A stretch of DNA of 64,000 nt from an uncultured Pirellulales bacterium (GTDB lineage Bacteria; Planctomycetota; Phycisphaerae; Sedimentisphaerales; Anaerobacaceae). Below are positions 54,838 to 64,000 of this stretch, piece by piece. Numbering within the stretch: position 1 is the first letter of the stretch; every line of letters begins with the position of its first letter. The notes below the pieces were generated by a model that had not been told where the DNA came from, ran no database searches, and saw only the letters and a list, made by a program, of their open reading frames with translations. Made by a program: the position numbers and the translations under genes. The stretch is from NCBI GenBank assembly GCA_964431645.1, contig CAYSKP010000027.1, forward strand, positions 3,385 to 67,384, given 5' to 3'.

Positions 54838-55347
54838 ATGAGCTCCCCATTATCAGAAGATGTTTTCAAAAAACTCTCATGGACAAAGTTAATTCCTTCT
54901 GAATTGATGAGCAGGGGACGAGATCTAGCAGATATGGGCACAAATAGCATTGGTTGGATTAAGAAAGATGCTCTCGAAGTCATTAAGATATTATCGGAAA
55001 ATAGATATAAAATTTTAGGAGGGGATGTGATCGATATTTCTAAACAAACACCTTATTATACATATGATAACTGGTCTTGTGACAAGGAGACAAAAGACAT
55101 CACCGATTGGAATAAAATGGTAAGAATATCGTACAAAATTGCGAATAACTACATAACTAAATATCGAGAAGGCAGACGAAAAATCATGTATGATATAATT
55201 TGTGCTAATCCAGAAGAATACGCCCATATACAAGAAATGACTCAAGAACAGAAAAGAATATTGGATATTAGAATAAAAAAACACGATGGATTTATTGCAA
55301 AGCTTAAGAAATTAATTTCAAAGAAAAAGGGATTTGACACTTTTTAA
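54838..55347 (+). CDS. Hypothetical cytoplasmic protein, possibly a polymorphic-toxin immunity protein
   Basis: 169 aa with no signal peptide and low GC. The segment GWIKKDALEVIKILSENRYKILGGDVIDIS...TYDNWSCD reminds me of Imm-type immunity families. This is unverified recollection. Confidence 0.4.
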   Translation: MSSPLSEDVFKKLSWTKLIPSELMSRGRDLADMGTNSIGWIKKDALEVIKILSENRYKILGGDVIDISKQTPYYTYDNWSCDKETKDITDWNKMVRISYKIANNYITKYREGRRKIMYDIICANPEEYAHIQEMTQEQKRILDIRIKKHDGFIAKLKKLISKKKGFDTF

Positions 55348-55370
55348 AATTCATAATCTTTAAGGGACTC

Positions 55371-55877
55371 ATGAACAAGTTTGAATACAGTTTTGGGTTT
55401 ACTGGGCCGTATTTGCACATAATTGTGAAAAAAGAATCTGACATGATGAATTACGCTAAAAATCTTAGCGATCATACAAAATTGAGTGTTTATTATTTAG
55501 ACTCCACAAAATGTAAAACGCGTTTAATGTTTTTTAAAGAAATTGCTAATTCTTTAAAATTTCCCGACTATTTTGGACACAATTGGGATGCATTGGAGGA
55601 ATGTCTTTCAGATCTCGATTGGATTGCGAATAATGGATGGGTCCTTGTATTTCTCAACGCAGATAAGCTGTTAAATGAAAAAACCAGGGATTTTAAAATA
55701 TTGATAAAATTACTGGATGGTGTCGGAAGGGAATGGTCTCAACTTCGCTGTTATGATCAACTGCACAAGATTGAAGCAAAGCCGTTTCATTTCTTATTTC
55801 ATGTCAATCCTGAAAATGAGCAAAACCTGCGTACAAGGTTTGAAGATATCAATAAAATTGATGTATTAAAGCATTAA
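55371..55877 (+). CDS. Barstar-like ribonuclease inhibitor / immunity protein
   Basis: LKFPDYFGHNWDALEECLSDLDW closely parallels the barstar core [21 protein letters not shown]. Low GC. Confidence 0.7.
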   Translation: MNKFEYSFGFTGPYLHIIVKKESDMMNYAKNLSDHTKLSVYYLDSTKCKTRLMFFKEIANSLKFPDYFGHNWDALEECLSDLDWIANNGWVLVFLNADKLLNEKTRDFKILIKLLDGVGREWSQLRCYDQLHKIEAKPFHFLFHVNPENEQNLRTRFEDINKIDVLKH

Positions 55878-55913
55878 CTTTTTAAGATATTGTCCACAAA
55901 TTAAGGAATATGA

Positions 55914-56294
55914 ATGGATGTATTAAGTGTAAGTGATTTGAGGGAAGTATCCAACTTGATGCATGATTCGGAATTCGGGGAGGAAGATTTTGGATATGAT
56001 GAAAAAAATAAAATATTTCACATCAATACAGAAATGCCGATTTTTGAGAAGAAATTTTTTTGTTTGGAAAAGAGAGTACCAGGTCAGATAAACGAAAGAT
56101 TCAAATTCGAGCTTCATAACATTGAAAAATACAATCCGAGAAATTTGAACAAAATCAGGATGGGTAAAGGACTTGGAGGGGTATTTAATTTTATAAAGAT
56201 TAGAGACAAAGGGCATAAGTTAACTATTGTTTCTCAAGAACTGCATATCGATTTAGAATTGAGTAAATTAGAAGGGGTATTTGAAAGATATTAA
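55914..56294 (+). CDS. Hypothetical small cytoplasmic protein (126 aa)
   Basis: ORF with the same low-GC composition and orientation as the two upstream genes. I recognise no motif. Confidence 0.4.
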   Translation: MDVLSVSDLREVSNLMHDSEFGEEDFGYDEKNKIFHINTEMPIFEKKFFCLEKRVPGQINERFKFELHNIEKYNPRNLNKIRMGKGLGGVFNFIKIRDKGHKLTIVSQELHIDLELSKLEGVFERY

Positions 56295-56306
56295 TGATTT
56301 TGTGTC

Positions 56307-56616
56307 GCCCGCTACGCGGGCTATAAGGAGGGTGGATTTGTTGTTCCCGGCGTGTAAACGCCGGGCTATTAAGGTGACGCCCTCTAAAGAGGGCTAATAG
56401 GATTGCTGATTTTCGATTGCAGATTGCGGATTTATAATTAATTTTCTCGACTCGTTGCGATCACTCGGAATGACAAAAATCTGGATTCCCGCTTGCGCGG
56501 GAATGACAAATAAGATTATGGGCAAAGTGGACACAATGGACTTAATGGAGTAACTGGAAACGAGATTCTTCGCTATCGCTCAGAATGACAAATTGATGGG
56601 CTAAAGCCCATCCTAC
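56307..56616. repeat. Array of short GC-rich hairpin (REP-like) modules and GAATGACAAA units
   Basis: Hairpins: 56307-56321 (gcccgc-tac-gcgggc), 56346-56365 (cccggcg-tgtaaa-cgccggg), 56379-56394 (gccctc-taaa-gagggc), each followed by (C)TA(T/A)TA(A)GG. There are three GATTGC words. Three units end in GAATGACAAA, including hairpin 56485-56504. Hairpin atgggc-taaa-gcccat lies at 56596-56611. Confidence 0.75.
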
Positions 56617-56799
56617 AATAAATTCATTTTCGGAACTACTATATTTTTGTTTTGTTCTTTTTATAATTAGGATTTAGAATTTGGTTCGGATTGCTGGTTT
56701 TGGCACAGGAAATCCTTTGGATTTCAGAGGGGTGAGCACTGTAATAAATAAAAAACGGTGTTAATCCGTGTAAAAAAACGATATTAAATCTCAGTCCGA

Positions 56800-57618
56800 A
56801 TGAAACGAGGAGTTATGAGCACAAAAAAAACCAAACCAGTTGCAATTGTTACCGGCGGGAGTAGAGGCATAGGTAAGGCAATCGCTATTGAATTAGCGGG
56901 ACTTGGGTTTGATATATTTATCAATCATTTTGACTTTGCGGATGGTCGGCCGGAGGAGGGGGCGGCGAAAAAGACTTCGCAAGAGATTGAGGCAAAAGGG
57001 GCAAAATGCATTTCGCTGCGGGGGGATATCAGCAGCGATAGTGACCGGGAGGCGCTTGTAAAGGCGGTGAAAGAGGGATTCGGCAGGTGCGATATGCTTG
57101 TAAATAACGCGGGAGTAGCGCCAGCCAAAAGGGTGGACCTTTTGACGGCGACGGAGGCGAGCTTCGACAGGGTATTGAATATTAATTTGAAGGGGCCGTA
57201 TTTTTTGACGCAGGCGATCGCAAGATGGATGATTGAGCAGAAGGAGAAATTTGAGCAGAGGAATTTTCGCATTGTCAATATCGGCTCGATGTCATCTTAT
57301 ACAAGCTCGACTGCGCGGGGGGAATACTGCATAAGCAAGGCGGGGGTGAGCATGATGACGATGCTTTACGCGGACCGGCTGGCGGAATTCGGGATAGGGG
57401 TATTTGAAATACGGCCGGGAATAATACAGACGGATATGACAGCCGTTGTCAAGGATAAATACGATAAGCTTATTGCTGATGGCCTTACGCCTATTAAAAG
57501 GTGGGGTCAGCCGGAGGATATCGCCAAGGCAGTGAGCGCGATTGCGGAAGGGAAGATGGATTTTTCGACGGGACAGGTGATAAACGTTGATGGGGGGTTT
57601 CATCTGAGAAGACTGTAA
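56800..57618 (+). CDS. Short-chain dehydrogenase/reductase (FabG-like)
   Basis: TGGSRGIGKAIA (TGxxxGxG), NNAG and the catalytic YCISKAG (YxxxK). Confidence 0.85.
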   Translation: MKRGVMSTKKTKPVAIVTGGSRGIGKAIAIELAGLGFDIFINHFDFADGRPEEGAAKKTSQEIEAKGAKCISLRGDISSDSDREALVKAVKEGFGRCDMLVNNAGVAPAKRVDLLTATEASFDRVLNINLKGPYFLTQAIARWMIEQKEKFEQRNFRIVNIGSMSSYTSSTARGEYCISKAGVSMMTMLYADRLAEFGIGVFEIRPGIIQTDMTAVVKDKYDKLIADGLTPIKRWGQPEDIAKAVSAIAEGKMDFSTGQVINVDGGFHLRRL

Positions 57619-57744
57619 CCTTGCCACAAAGACACCAAAACACTAATTTTTTTAATTAACTTCAATATATTTCTATGGCTGCGTAGCTCGGTTGTGGTTG
57701 TGCGGCTCGTTACGTAAATCGTAATTCAATTTACGGCAAATTGC

Positions 57745-57794
57745 GCGGGCGAGACGCCCGCGACACGAACAGCATGGGCTAAAGCCCATCCTAC
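57745..57794. repeat. REP-like hairpins, including the second copy of a 21-nt exact repeat
   Basis: 57745-57761 is gcgggcg-aga-cgcccgc. 57774-57794 atgggctaaagcccatcctac is identical to 56596-56616. Confidence 0.8.
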
Positions 57795-57815
57795 GACTGA
57801 TTTACTCGGGGGCAA

Positions 57816-58907
57816 TTATGGTATATCGAGCCAGAGGGCGCGGAAGGTTTTTTTAGAGGAGTCGAAGAGGAACTTATTGGGGCAGGTGCCGTTTGCGTTC
57901 AATTCGCCGGGATAGCACTCGTTCGGGTCGGCGATAGTGACGGGCAGGGTGCCGTCATCGCTGATAAGAAGTAATTTAGAAGAATCAGTAAACGGGACGA
58001 GTGATTCGGGGCTGAAGTCATCTAAATTCAAATCTTTGACAAGCCGGGGGGCATCATTTATATCGCCAGACCAGCGGTATAAGGCAAAAGGACCGCTCTC
58101 TTTACTGCTTCCGGCAATGATGAAATAAGATTTATGGAATGGTGAAAATTCCATTGAACGTATGCCGAGGCCGGCGAGGTCCCAGAGGATGGGTTTTCCG
58201 AATACAGGCAGAGCCTCCTTATCAACGATATCGTCGGCGTTTTTGAGAGGTATGACGAGGGCACGCGGCCGGCCTGTGGCCCTATCGACGGGACGCGGAT
58301 TACGAAGGCCGATGTAAAGGGTATTATTATCGGCGGATGCACAGAGGGCTTCGATATTGAGGCCGTCTTCTTTTGGCGCAAGTTTTTTCAGGTCTTTTTT
58401 GGTTAATTTTGCGCCAATCATTGCGGCCTCATAAAGACCAAGACCCTGCAGATTGTCATCGGTGAGCATCGCATGGACAAGTTTGTCATAAAATTTGCCG
58501 GCCGGCTTTACAGTGACATTCAAATCATTGATTTCGAAGTCAGTGGCGAAAAATCTGTATCTATTCGGCCGGAGTTTGCCATCTGTATTTCGGCCATGGG
58601 AGGTTATCCAATATATGCGCTTATTGACCAGGGCAGCTCCTTCGATATCTGATTCGGGGTGTTCCTGTTCAACCTGCAGGAATTTAGTTAAATCATATGA
58701 ATAGACAGGCTGCCCGCCGGTGAGATTATACATACGCAAAATATTATTTTCGTCATCGGCGATTATCGCGAAGTCTTTTGATATGGCAATAGCGGCAGAT
58801 GCGTCACTTGCGGTGTAAAAAGTTATCATCCTTTCATCAGAACCCTCACATATAGAGGCCATCACAAAAATGAGGATTGAAAGCATGATTTGAAGCGCAA
58901 GCCGCAT
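57816..58907 (-). CDS. Secreted DUF3616-like (beta-propeller-like) protein
   Basis: Signal peptide. The pattern ESDIEGAAL...IYWITSHGRN..GK.RPNRYRFF...GLNIEAL...LYIGLRNP...LISDDG resembles DUF3616 as I recall it. Confidence 0.5.
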   Translation of the reverse strand: MRLALQIMLSILIFVMASICEGSDERMITFYTASDASAAIAISKDFAIIADDENNILRMYNLTGGQPVYSYDLTKFLQVEQEHPESDIEGAALVNKRIYWITSHGRNTDGKLRPNRYRFFATDFEINDLNVTVKPAGKFYDKLVHAMLTDDNLQGLGLYEAAMIGAKLTKKDLKKLAPKEDGLNIEALCASADNNTLYIGLRNPRPVDRATGRPRALVIPLKNADDIVDKEALPVFGKPILWDLAGLGIRSMEFSPFHKSYFIIAGSSKESGPFALYRWSGDINDAPRLVKDLNLDDFSPESLVPFTDSSKLLLISDDGTLPVTIADPNECYPGELNANGTCPNKFLFDSSKKTFRALWLDIP

Positions 58908-59014
58908 ATTTCTATTTTAGCATAATTTAATAGCGCGGTTCAAGGGGACTGAATCAATAAAAGGGTAAGTTTTTGGCTTTATGTTTTTTATGTTTTGTGG
59001 TAGAAAAATTGATT

Positions 59015-59797
59015 ATGAATATAAAAGAAACGATAGAGGTTTTGGTCAGGGACGGGTTTATTCTTGTTTTTAATGAGGACAGGTTAGATATAGTAAAGAC
59101 CGCCGGGGCGCTAATGGAGGCGGGGATTGGGAATATGGAGGTGACCTGCCGGATAAAAAAGCCGCTGGAAAAGCTGAGCAGGCTGCGAAAAGAGCTGCCG
59201 GAGTTTGCGGCGGGAGCGGCAAGCCTGATTGATTATCCGGAGATGCTTAAGACAATCAATGAAGCAAATCCAGACAAGGCGATGCCAAGCATTGATGAGG
59301 TTGTCAATGCGGGGGCACAGTATCTGGTGTCGGCTGTAAATTTCAGAAAAGAGACCTACGAAAAATATGGGGGAAAATTGCCGATAATACCGGGATGCGG
59401 AAGCGCTACCGAGATTGTGACGCAGTTTTCGATGGGGGCGAATCTGTGCAAGGTTTTCCCGGCAAAAGAGCTTGGGGGAGCGGGATTTATAAAGGCGATT
59501 GACCCGGCTATACATAAGCTGATTTCACTTGTCCCCACAGGAGGGACAAACGCGCAGAATATACCAGATTACATAGATGCGGGCGTTCTGGTTTTGGGCG
59601 GGTCGTTCAGCGCGATTGAAAAAAATGTATTTACGAAGATTATCGAACAGCAGGATTATAAGCTGCTGAGCAGTGAATTGAAGAAGATGAAGAGTTTGAT
59701 TGACGAAAAGCGAAGACAAAAATGGCCGAAGATTGATTTTGGGAAGTCTTCCTTAGAAGAAATTTGTAAAGTAACCGGAAGATACTTTAATATTTGA
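59015..59797 (+). CDS. KDPG/KHG aldolase-family protein (Eda-like)
   Basis: GIGNMEVTCRI (Glu site) and CKVFPAKELGGAGFIKAI...VPTGG (Schiff-base Lys region). Confidence 0.65.
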   Translation: MNIKETIEVLVRDGFILVFNEDRLDIVKTAGALMEAGIGNMEVTCRIKKPLEKLSRLRKELPEFAAGAASLIDYPEMLKTINEANPDKAMPSIDEVVNAGAQYLVSAVNFRKETYEKYGGKLPIIPGCGSATEIVTQFSMGANLCKVFPAKELGGAGFIKAIDPAIHKLISLVPTGGTNAQNIPDYIDAGVLVLGGSFSAIEKNVFTKIIEQQDYKLLSSELKKMKSLIDEKRRQKWPKIDFGKSSLEEICKVTGRYFNI

Positions 59798-59889
59798 AGG
59801 AAATCCCAAATAACAAAAAACAAATAACAAATAAATTCCAAAAGCAAAATTACCAATGCTCAAAAAAGGGAATACATTATGTTTTGGGG

Positions 59890-61359
59890 CTAATCTTGTT
59901 TTTCCTTGAGTTGCGCGAGGATTTGCTGAAAAGAGACCAAATCTTCTTTATTTGCGAGAACCAGCAGGACATCTCCGTTTTCTATGACTGATGAGCCATA
60001 GGGAATGATAAATTTTCCTTCTCTGGAAATTAGCACGATGAGGCATTTATCAGGGACACCGAGTTCACTAATCATTTTGCCAACAGCGTGAGAATCGTAA
60101 GGAACAAGGACATCGGTCAATTCGGCATCAAATGTCTCGGTTTTTTCGAATTCGAGCGGGTATAATCTTTTTTCTATCAGGGGAGCTGCCAAATTCAGTA
60201 TTTTTGAGACAAAAGGTATAGAAGTGCCCTGAATAAAGACGGAGGCGATAACTATAAAAAAGACGATATTAAAAATAGTGTCTGCATGGCTGATATTTGC
60301 CGTAAAAGGAAATGTCGCAAGGATGATAGGGACAGCGCCTCTGAGACCGACCCAGGACAGAAGAATTTTTTGTCTGAAATTTATTTTAAAAGGTAAAAGG
60401 CACAAAAAAACGCTGACCGGACGGGCGACTAACATAAGCAAAAACGTAATCAGCAATCCAGGGCCTATTAATGGAACGATATGGGAAGGGAAAACAAGCA
60501 ATCCTAATGTTATGAACATTGTGATTTGCATGAGCCAGGCGATGCCATTGTGAAATCTCATAATCGAGCGTTTGTTGGGGAAGTCGGCCCTGCTAATCAA
60601 GAGGCCGGCAAGATATACCGCGAGAAAGCCGTTACCCTTAAGAAAAAAAGCTATAACATAGGTGAATAACACTAGGGAAATCATAACAACCGGATAAAGC
60701 CCTTCATATTCGAGCTTCATATTTTTAATGAGAAAAATAATTATCTTAGCCATTATATATCCGATAACAGCACCAATTGACATATCAAGAATGAATCTTG
60801 GAACCAGGTTTAAGATGCTCATATCTTTTACAGTCATAACGCTGATGAACCCGAGTGTTAAAAATACAGCCATCGGGTCATTGCTGCCTGATTCGAGTTC
60901 GAGCAGAGGTTTTAAAGGTTTTTGGAGGCTTATTCGTTTGGAGCGTAAAATAGTAAATACGGCGGCGGCATCCGTTGACGAAACTATGGAACCGAGCAGC
61001 ATCCCCTCCAGGATAGAAAAATTCAAAATATAAACGGCAAAGAAACCTATAATAAGTGCAGTTAACAAGACGCCGGCCGTTGAAAGAACAATTCCCGCCC
61101 CGATTATTGGCCTGATATCTTCCCATTTTGTATCGATGCCGCCGGAGAAGATAATAAAAATTAGAGCAATTATGCCGATGGACTTGGCAAGATTGGGATT
61201 ATTAAAATAAATACCGCCGATTCCCTCAGAGCCGGCGAGCATGCCTATCGCTAAAAAAACCAATAATGCCGGTATCGCGAATTTATTGGAGAGTTTACTT
61301 GAAATGACGCTGATAAATATCAGTAAGGCAACCCAAAATAAAATATTTTCAATCGACAT
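59890..61359 (-). CDS. K+/H+ (CPA1, NhaP2-like) antiporter with a C-terminal TrkA-C domain
   Basis: About 12 TM helices (SGSNDPMAV motif) plus a C-terminal RCK_C-like domain (VIENGDVLLVLA). Confidence 0.8.
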   Translation of the reverse strand: MSIENILFWVALLIFISVISSKLSNKFAIPALLVFLAIGMLAGSEGIGGIYFNNPNLAKSIGIIALIFIIFSGGIDTKWEDIRPIIGAGIVLSTAGVLLTALIIGFFAVYILNFSILEGMLLGSIVSSTDAAAVFTILRSKRISLQKPLKPLLELESGSNDPMAVFLTLGFISVMTVKDMSILNLVPRFILDMSIGAVIGYIMAKIIIFLIKNMKLEYEGLYPVVMISLVLFTYVIAFFLKGNGFLAVYLAGLLISRADFPNKRSIMRFHNGIAWLMQITMFITLGLLVFPSHIVPLIGPGLLITFLLMLVARPVSVFLCLLPFKINFRQKILLSWVGLRGAVPIILATFPFTANISHADTIFNIVFFIVIASVFIQGTSIPFVSKILNLAAPLIEKRLYPLEFEKTETFDAELTDVLVPYDSHAVGKMISELGVPDKCLIVLISREGKFIIPYGSSVIENGDVLLVLANKEDLVSFQQILAQLKEKQD

Positions 61360-61541
61360 ATTTATCCGTCTAAAATTTAAGAGTCTATAATGATAAATTA
61401 AATTGATAATTTTTAAATCTAAATAAATTGATTATTTTGCATTATTTTTTTGGCGGGTTTGTTCATATAAGTAGACCGTTTCATGACAATTGCCGGATTT
61501 ATTCTTTATAGCTATAATAGACAAAAACTCTGGAAAACAAA

Positions 61542-63539
61542 ATGGAAGCTGTAAAGATAGGAAGCCAAAAAGCAGTTATTCATAGATACAATACAGTCAT
61601 CGTCGGGGCGGGGGCAGCGGGACTTAATGCGGCCGTTCATCTTTACGAGTTTTTCACACAAAAAGGAATCGACGATGCTCAAAACAAGATAGCGATAATA
61701 ACGGCAGGGATTGCATTGGGCGCTTCGAAGATGAGCGGCTCGGACAAGCAGACATATTACAAGATGGGGACAAGTCCTGATGTCGCTGACTCGGCGGAAT
61801 CGTTTGCAAAATCGCTGACCGCGGCGGGGTGCTGCCACGGGGACTTGGCGATTGCGGAGGCAATCGGCTCGCTGCGGGAGTTTTATCATTTAGTCGAATT
61901 AGGAGTCTCCTTTCCGCATGATGCAGCGGGGAGCTTTTTGGGTTATAAGACCGACCATGACCCGTATGAGAGGGCGACTTCGGCGGGGCCATTGACAAGC
62001 AAAGAGATGAGCGAATGCCTGCAGAGACGTGTGGAGGATTACGGGATTAAGATTTTTGATAATCAGGAAGCTGCGCAACTAATTAGAAAAAATGGATTAA
62101 TTGCCGGCATTATCACGATCGATAAGAAGGCGTTGAATTCTAAAAATTACGGAATAAATATCTTTCAATGTGAAAATCTGATTTTGGCGGCAGGCGGACC
62201 GGGGGAACTATATAAGACAAGCGTTTATCCGAAGGGACAGACGGGGATTCATGGTCTGGCGTTTGCGGCGGGATTAGCGGCTGAGAATCTGACTGAATCG
62301 CAGTTCGGACTTGCAAGTACGAAATTTCGATGGAATGTTTCGGGCTCGTATATGCAGGTGATTCCGAGGATTTTCAGCACAGACGTAAACGGCAATGATG
62401 AAAAGGAATTTCTTGCAGACTATTTTCCATCGATGAGCAGGATGGGGACAAATATCTTTCTAAAGGGATATCAATGGCCTTTTGACCCGCAAAGGATTGA
62501 AAATTGTCAGTCATCACTTATCGATATACTTGTTTTTAACGAAACGCAGAAGGGCAGGCGGGTATTTCTGGATTTCAGGAAAAATCCAATCGGCAATTCC
62601 AACATGAAGACGTTTGCGATTGAGGAACTTGAAAATGAGGCACTCGATTATTTAAAGAAAACCGGCGCTTTGCACAAGACTCCAATAGAGCGGCTTAGCT
62701 TTATGAATCAGCCGGCGATTGATATTTATAAGAAGCATGGGATTGATTTATGGAAAGAACCGCTGGAGATTGCGGTGTGCGCTCAACATAATAACGGCGG
62801 ATTTGCGGTCAATTGCTGGTGGGAATCGAATATAAAGCACACGTTTATTGTGGGCGAAATGACGGGGACACACGGTGTGAAGCGGCCGGGAGGGGCAGCT
62901 CTGAATTCAGGGCAGGTGGGTTCACTGCGTGCGGCAGAATATATCGCGAATGTTTATGGCGGCGATATGCCATCGAAATCTTTGGCAGCTAAGGAGATTA
63001 AGAATCAGACAAGGGATCTGATTGAAAAATTATTCGGCTTTGAAAAATCAAAGGGTCTTAAGGCCAAAGATATAATAGAAGAGATTCAAGAACGAATGAC
63101 GGAATCAGCGGGTCACATCCGGGAGATTAATAGCGCGCCAGATGCATTAAAGCAGGCAATTGATTTGGTAAATAAAATTAAACATGAAGGAATTGCAGTA
63201 AGAAATAAAAAAGATATTACTGAGGCAATCAAGGCGGAGCATCTTGCATTGACAAGCGCGGCATATTTGAAGGCGATAGTGACATTATTGGCACAGGGAG
63301 AGGGTTCAAGGGGGTCGCATCTGGTTATTTCGAAAGACGGCATTCAAATTGAGGGGACCGAGTTAAAATTCAAGCCGGAAAACATGGAATTGCGCAATTC
63401 GATACTGAAAATTGAATACGATGAAGAAGAACAGGATTTATTTAAGTGTGAAAATATCATGTTGAGGCCAGCGCCTGTCGAAAGAAAAGCATTCGAGACG
63501 GGATGGAAGGATTACAGGTTAGGGAAAATCTATGAATGA
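61542..63539 (+). CDS. FAD-dependent oxidoreductase of the SdhA/FrdA/NadB/AprA superfamily
   Basis: N-terminal dinucleotide fold VIVGAGAAGLNAA and a C-terminal GEMTGTHGVKRPGGAALNSG FAD-binding segment. Confidence 0.7.
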   Translation: MEAVKIGSQKAVIHRYNTVIVGAGAAGLNAAVHLYEFFTQKGIDDAQNKIAIITAGIALGASKMSGSDKQTYYKMGTSPDVADSAESFAKSLTAAGCCHGDLAIAEAIGSLREFYHLVELGVSFPHDAAGSFLGYKTDHDPYERATSAGPLTSKEMSECLQRRVEDYGIKIFDNQEAAQLIRKNGLIAGIITIDKKALNSKNYGINIFQCENLILAAGGPGELYKTSVYPKGQTGIHGLAFAAGLAAENLTESQFGLASTKFRWNVSGSYMQVIPRIFSTDVNGNDEKEFLADYFPSMSRMGTNIFLKGYQWPFDPQRIENCQSSLIDILVFNETQKGRRVFLDFRKNPIGNSNMKTFAIEELENEALDYLKKTGALHKTPIERLSFMNQPAIDIYKKHGIDLWKEPLEIAVCAQHNNGGFAVNCWWESNIKHTFIVGEMTGTHGVKRPGGAALNSGQVGSLRAAEYIANVYGGDMPSKSLAAKEIKNQTRDLIEKLFGFEKSKGLKAKDIIEEIQERMTESAGHIREINSAPDALKQAIDLVNKIKHEGIAVRNKKDITEAIKAEHLALTSAAYLKAIVTLLAQGEGSRGSHLVISKDGIQIEGTELKFKPENMELRNSILKIEYDEEEQDLFKCENIMLRPAPVERKAFETGWKDYRLGKIYE

Positions 63540-64000
63540 GCCGCATGTGACGCGGAAGGCGCTTGCATTGACACTTTCGGCGGCACTATTGGGCTGGATG
63601 TTTGACGGATTTGAGATGGGGCTTTTTCCGCTTGTTGCAAGGCCGGCGCTGATGGAATTGATGGGAGCGGAGGCGGGAAAGACGATAGGGACATGGTTTT
63701 CGATAATAATCGCTATGTTTCTTATGGGGGCGGCGTGTGGAGGGATACTTTTCGGCTGGCTGGGCGACCGGATTGGCAGGGTGCGTGCGCTTGTATGGAG
63801 CGTGGCGACTTACGCGGTGTTTTCAGGATTGTGCGGATTTGCGATGCAGCCGTGGCAATTAGCGGTATTGAGATTTATCGCATCTTTAGGAATGGGAGGC
63901 GAGTGGGCATTGGGAGTGGCGCTTGTGATGGAAGTGTGGCCTTCGACGTCGAGGCCGATGCTGGCGGGACTTATAGGCGTGGCATCAAACGCGGGATTTT
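63532..64000 (+). CDS. MFS transporter; N-terminal part only, as it runs off the window
   Basis: My own translation: MNEPHVTRKALALTLSAALLGWMFDGFEMGLFPL...GWLGDRIGRVRA (MFS motif A, GxLxDRxGR). Its ATG overlaps the upstream gene by 8 nt. Confidence 0.7.
   Translation, partial: MNEPHVTRKALALTLSAALLGWMFDGFEMGLFPLVARPALMELMGAEAGKTIGTWFSIIIAMFLMGAACGGILFGWLGDRIGRVRALVWSVATYAVFSGLCGFAMQPWQLAVLRFIASLGMGGEWALGVALVMEVWPSTSRPMLAGLIGVASNAGF

Noticed and set aside
54838-56294. Interpreting the islet as a classical toxin-antitoxin or toxin-immunity pair
   Set aside because: None of the three ORFs shows a nuclease or other toxin motif, a signal peptide or a secretion-associated domain. Only immunity-type features are visible, so I call it an orphan immunity cassette.
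54492-57815. Calling the low-GC islet and its repeat-rich flanks a mobile genetic element
   Set aside because: There is no integrase, transposase, recombinase or tRNA target in the window. The only flanking identity is a 12-mer in AT-rich DNA. The evidence is insufficient for a mobile_element feature.

Overview
64-kb chromosomal window with about 57 protein-coding genes. I found no rRNA, tRNA, CRISPR array, transposase or integrase by eye. The gene content suggests a diderm, probably anaerobic, PVC-type bacterium (Planctomycetota/Phycisphaerae-like). This is inference only, based on BamD/LptE/LptD-like envelope genes, dockerin-tagged secreted hydrolases, a MoxR/Bat aerotolerance operon, a GldG/DUF4340 ABC system and a Hyf-type complex-I-like module.

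Layout:
- 1-4.3 kb: psd (partial), a secreted S8 protease with a dockerin, a TsaC-LMWPTP fusion and rpiB.
- 4.6-10.4 kb: two tandem paralogous multidomain GH5 hydrolases.
- 10.9-13.6 kb: an AT-richer cluster holding a SPASM-only radical-SAM remnant, a Tat-signal 15-cysteine protein and flanking secreted repeat proteins.
- 13.9-28.5 kb: housekeeping and envelope genes (bamD, lptE, ftsH, dsbD, nth, LOG, a B12-radical-SAM protein, an ApbE-like protein, pilT, an LptD-like protein).
- 28.5-33.1 kb: ABC/GldG/DUF4340 genes.
- 33.3-43.3 kb: a 9-gene MoxR-DUF58-BatABCDE operon.
- 43.5 kb: class I aldolase.
- 44.7-52.7 kb: a seven-gene operon. A six-subunit Hyf/complex-I-like module sits behind an HTH-EIIA gene, and its 'large subunit' has lost all four [NiFe] cysteine ligands.
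- 53-64 kb: oxidoreductases, transporters and a 1.5-kb low-GC islet of immunity-type genes (one barstar-like) with no toxin. The islet is embedded in intergenic DNA packed with short hairpin and tandem-repeat modules.

The best candidates for something new are the Tat/Cys-rich protein with the SPASM remnant, the ligand-less hydrogenase-like complex coupled to an EIIA-type regulator, the orphan immunity islet, and the repeat families (possible sRNA or REP-like elements).
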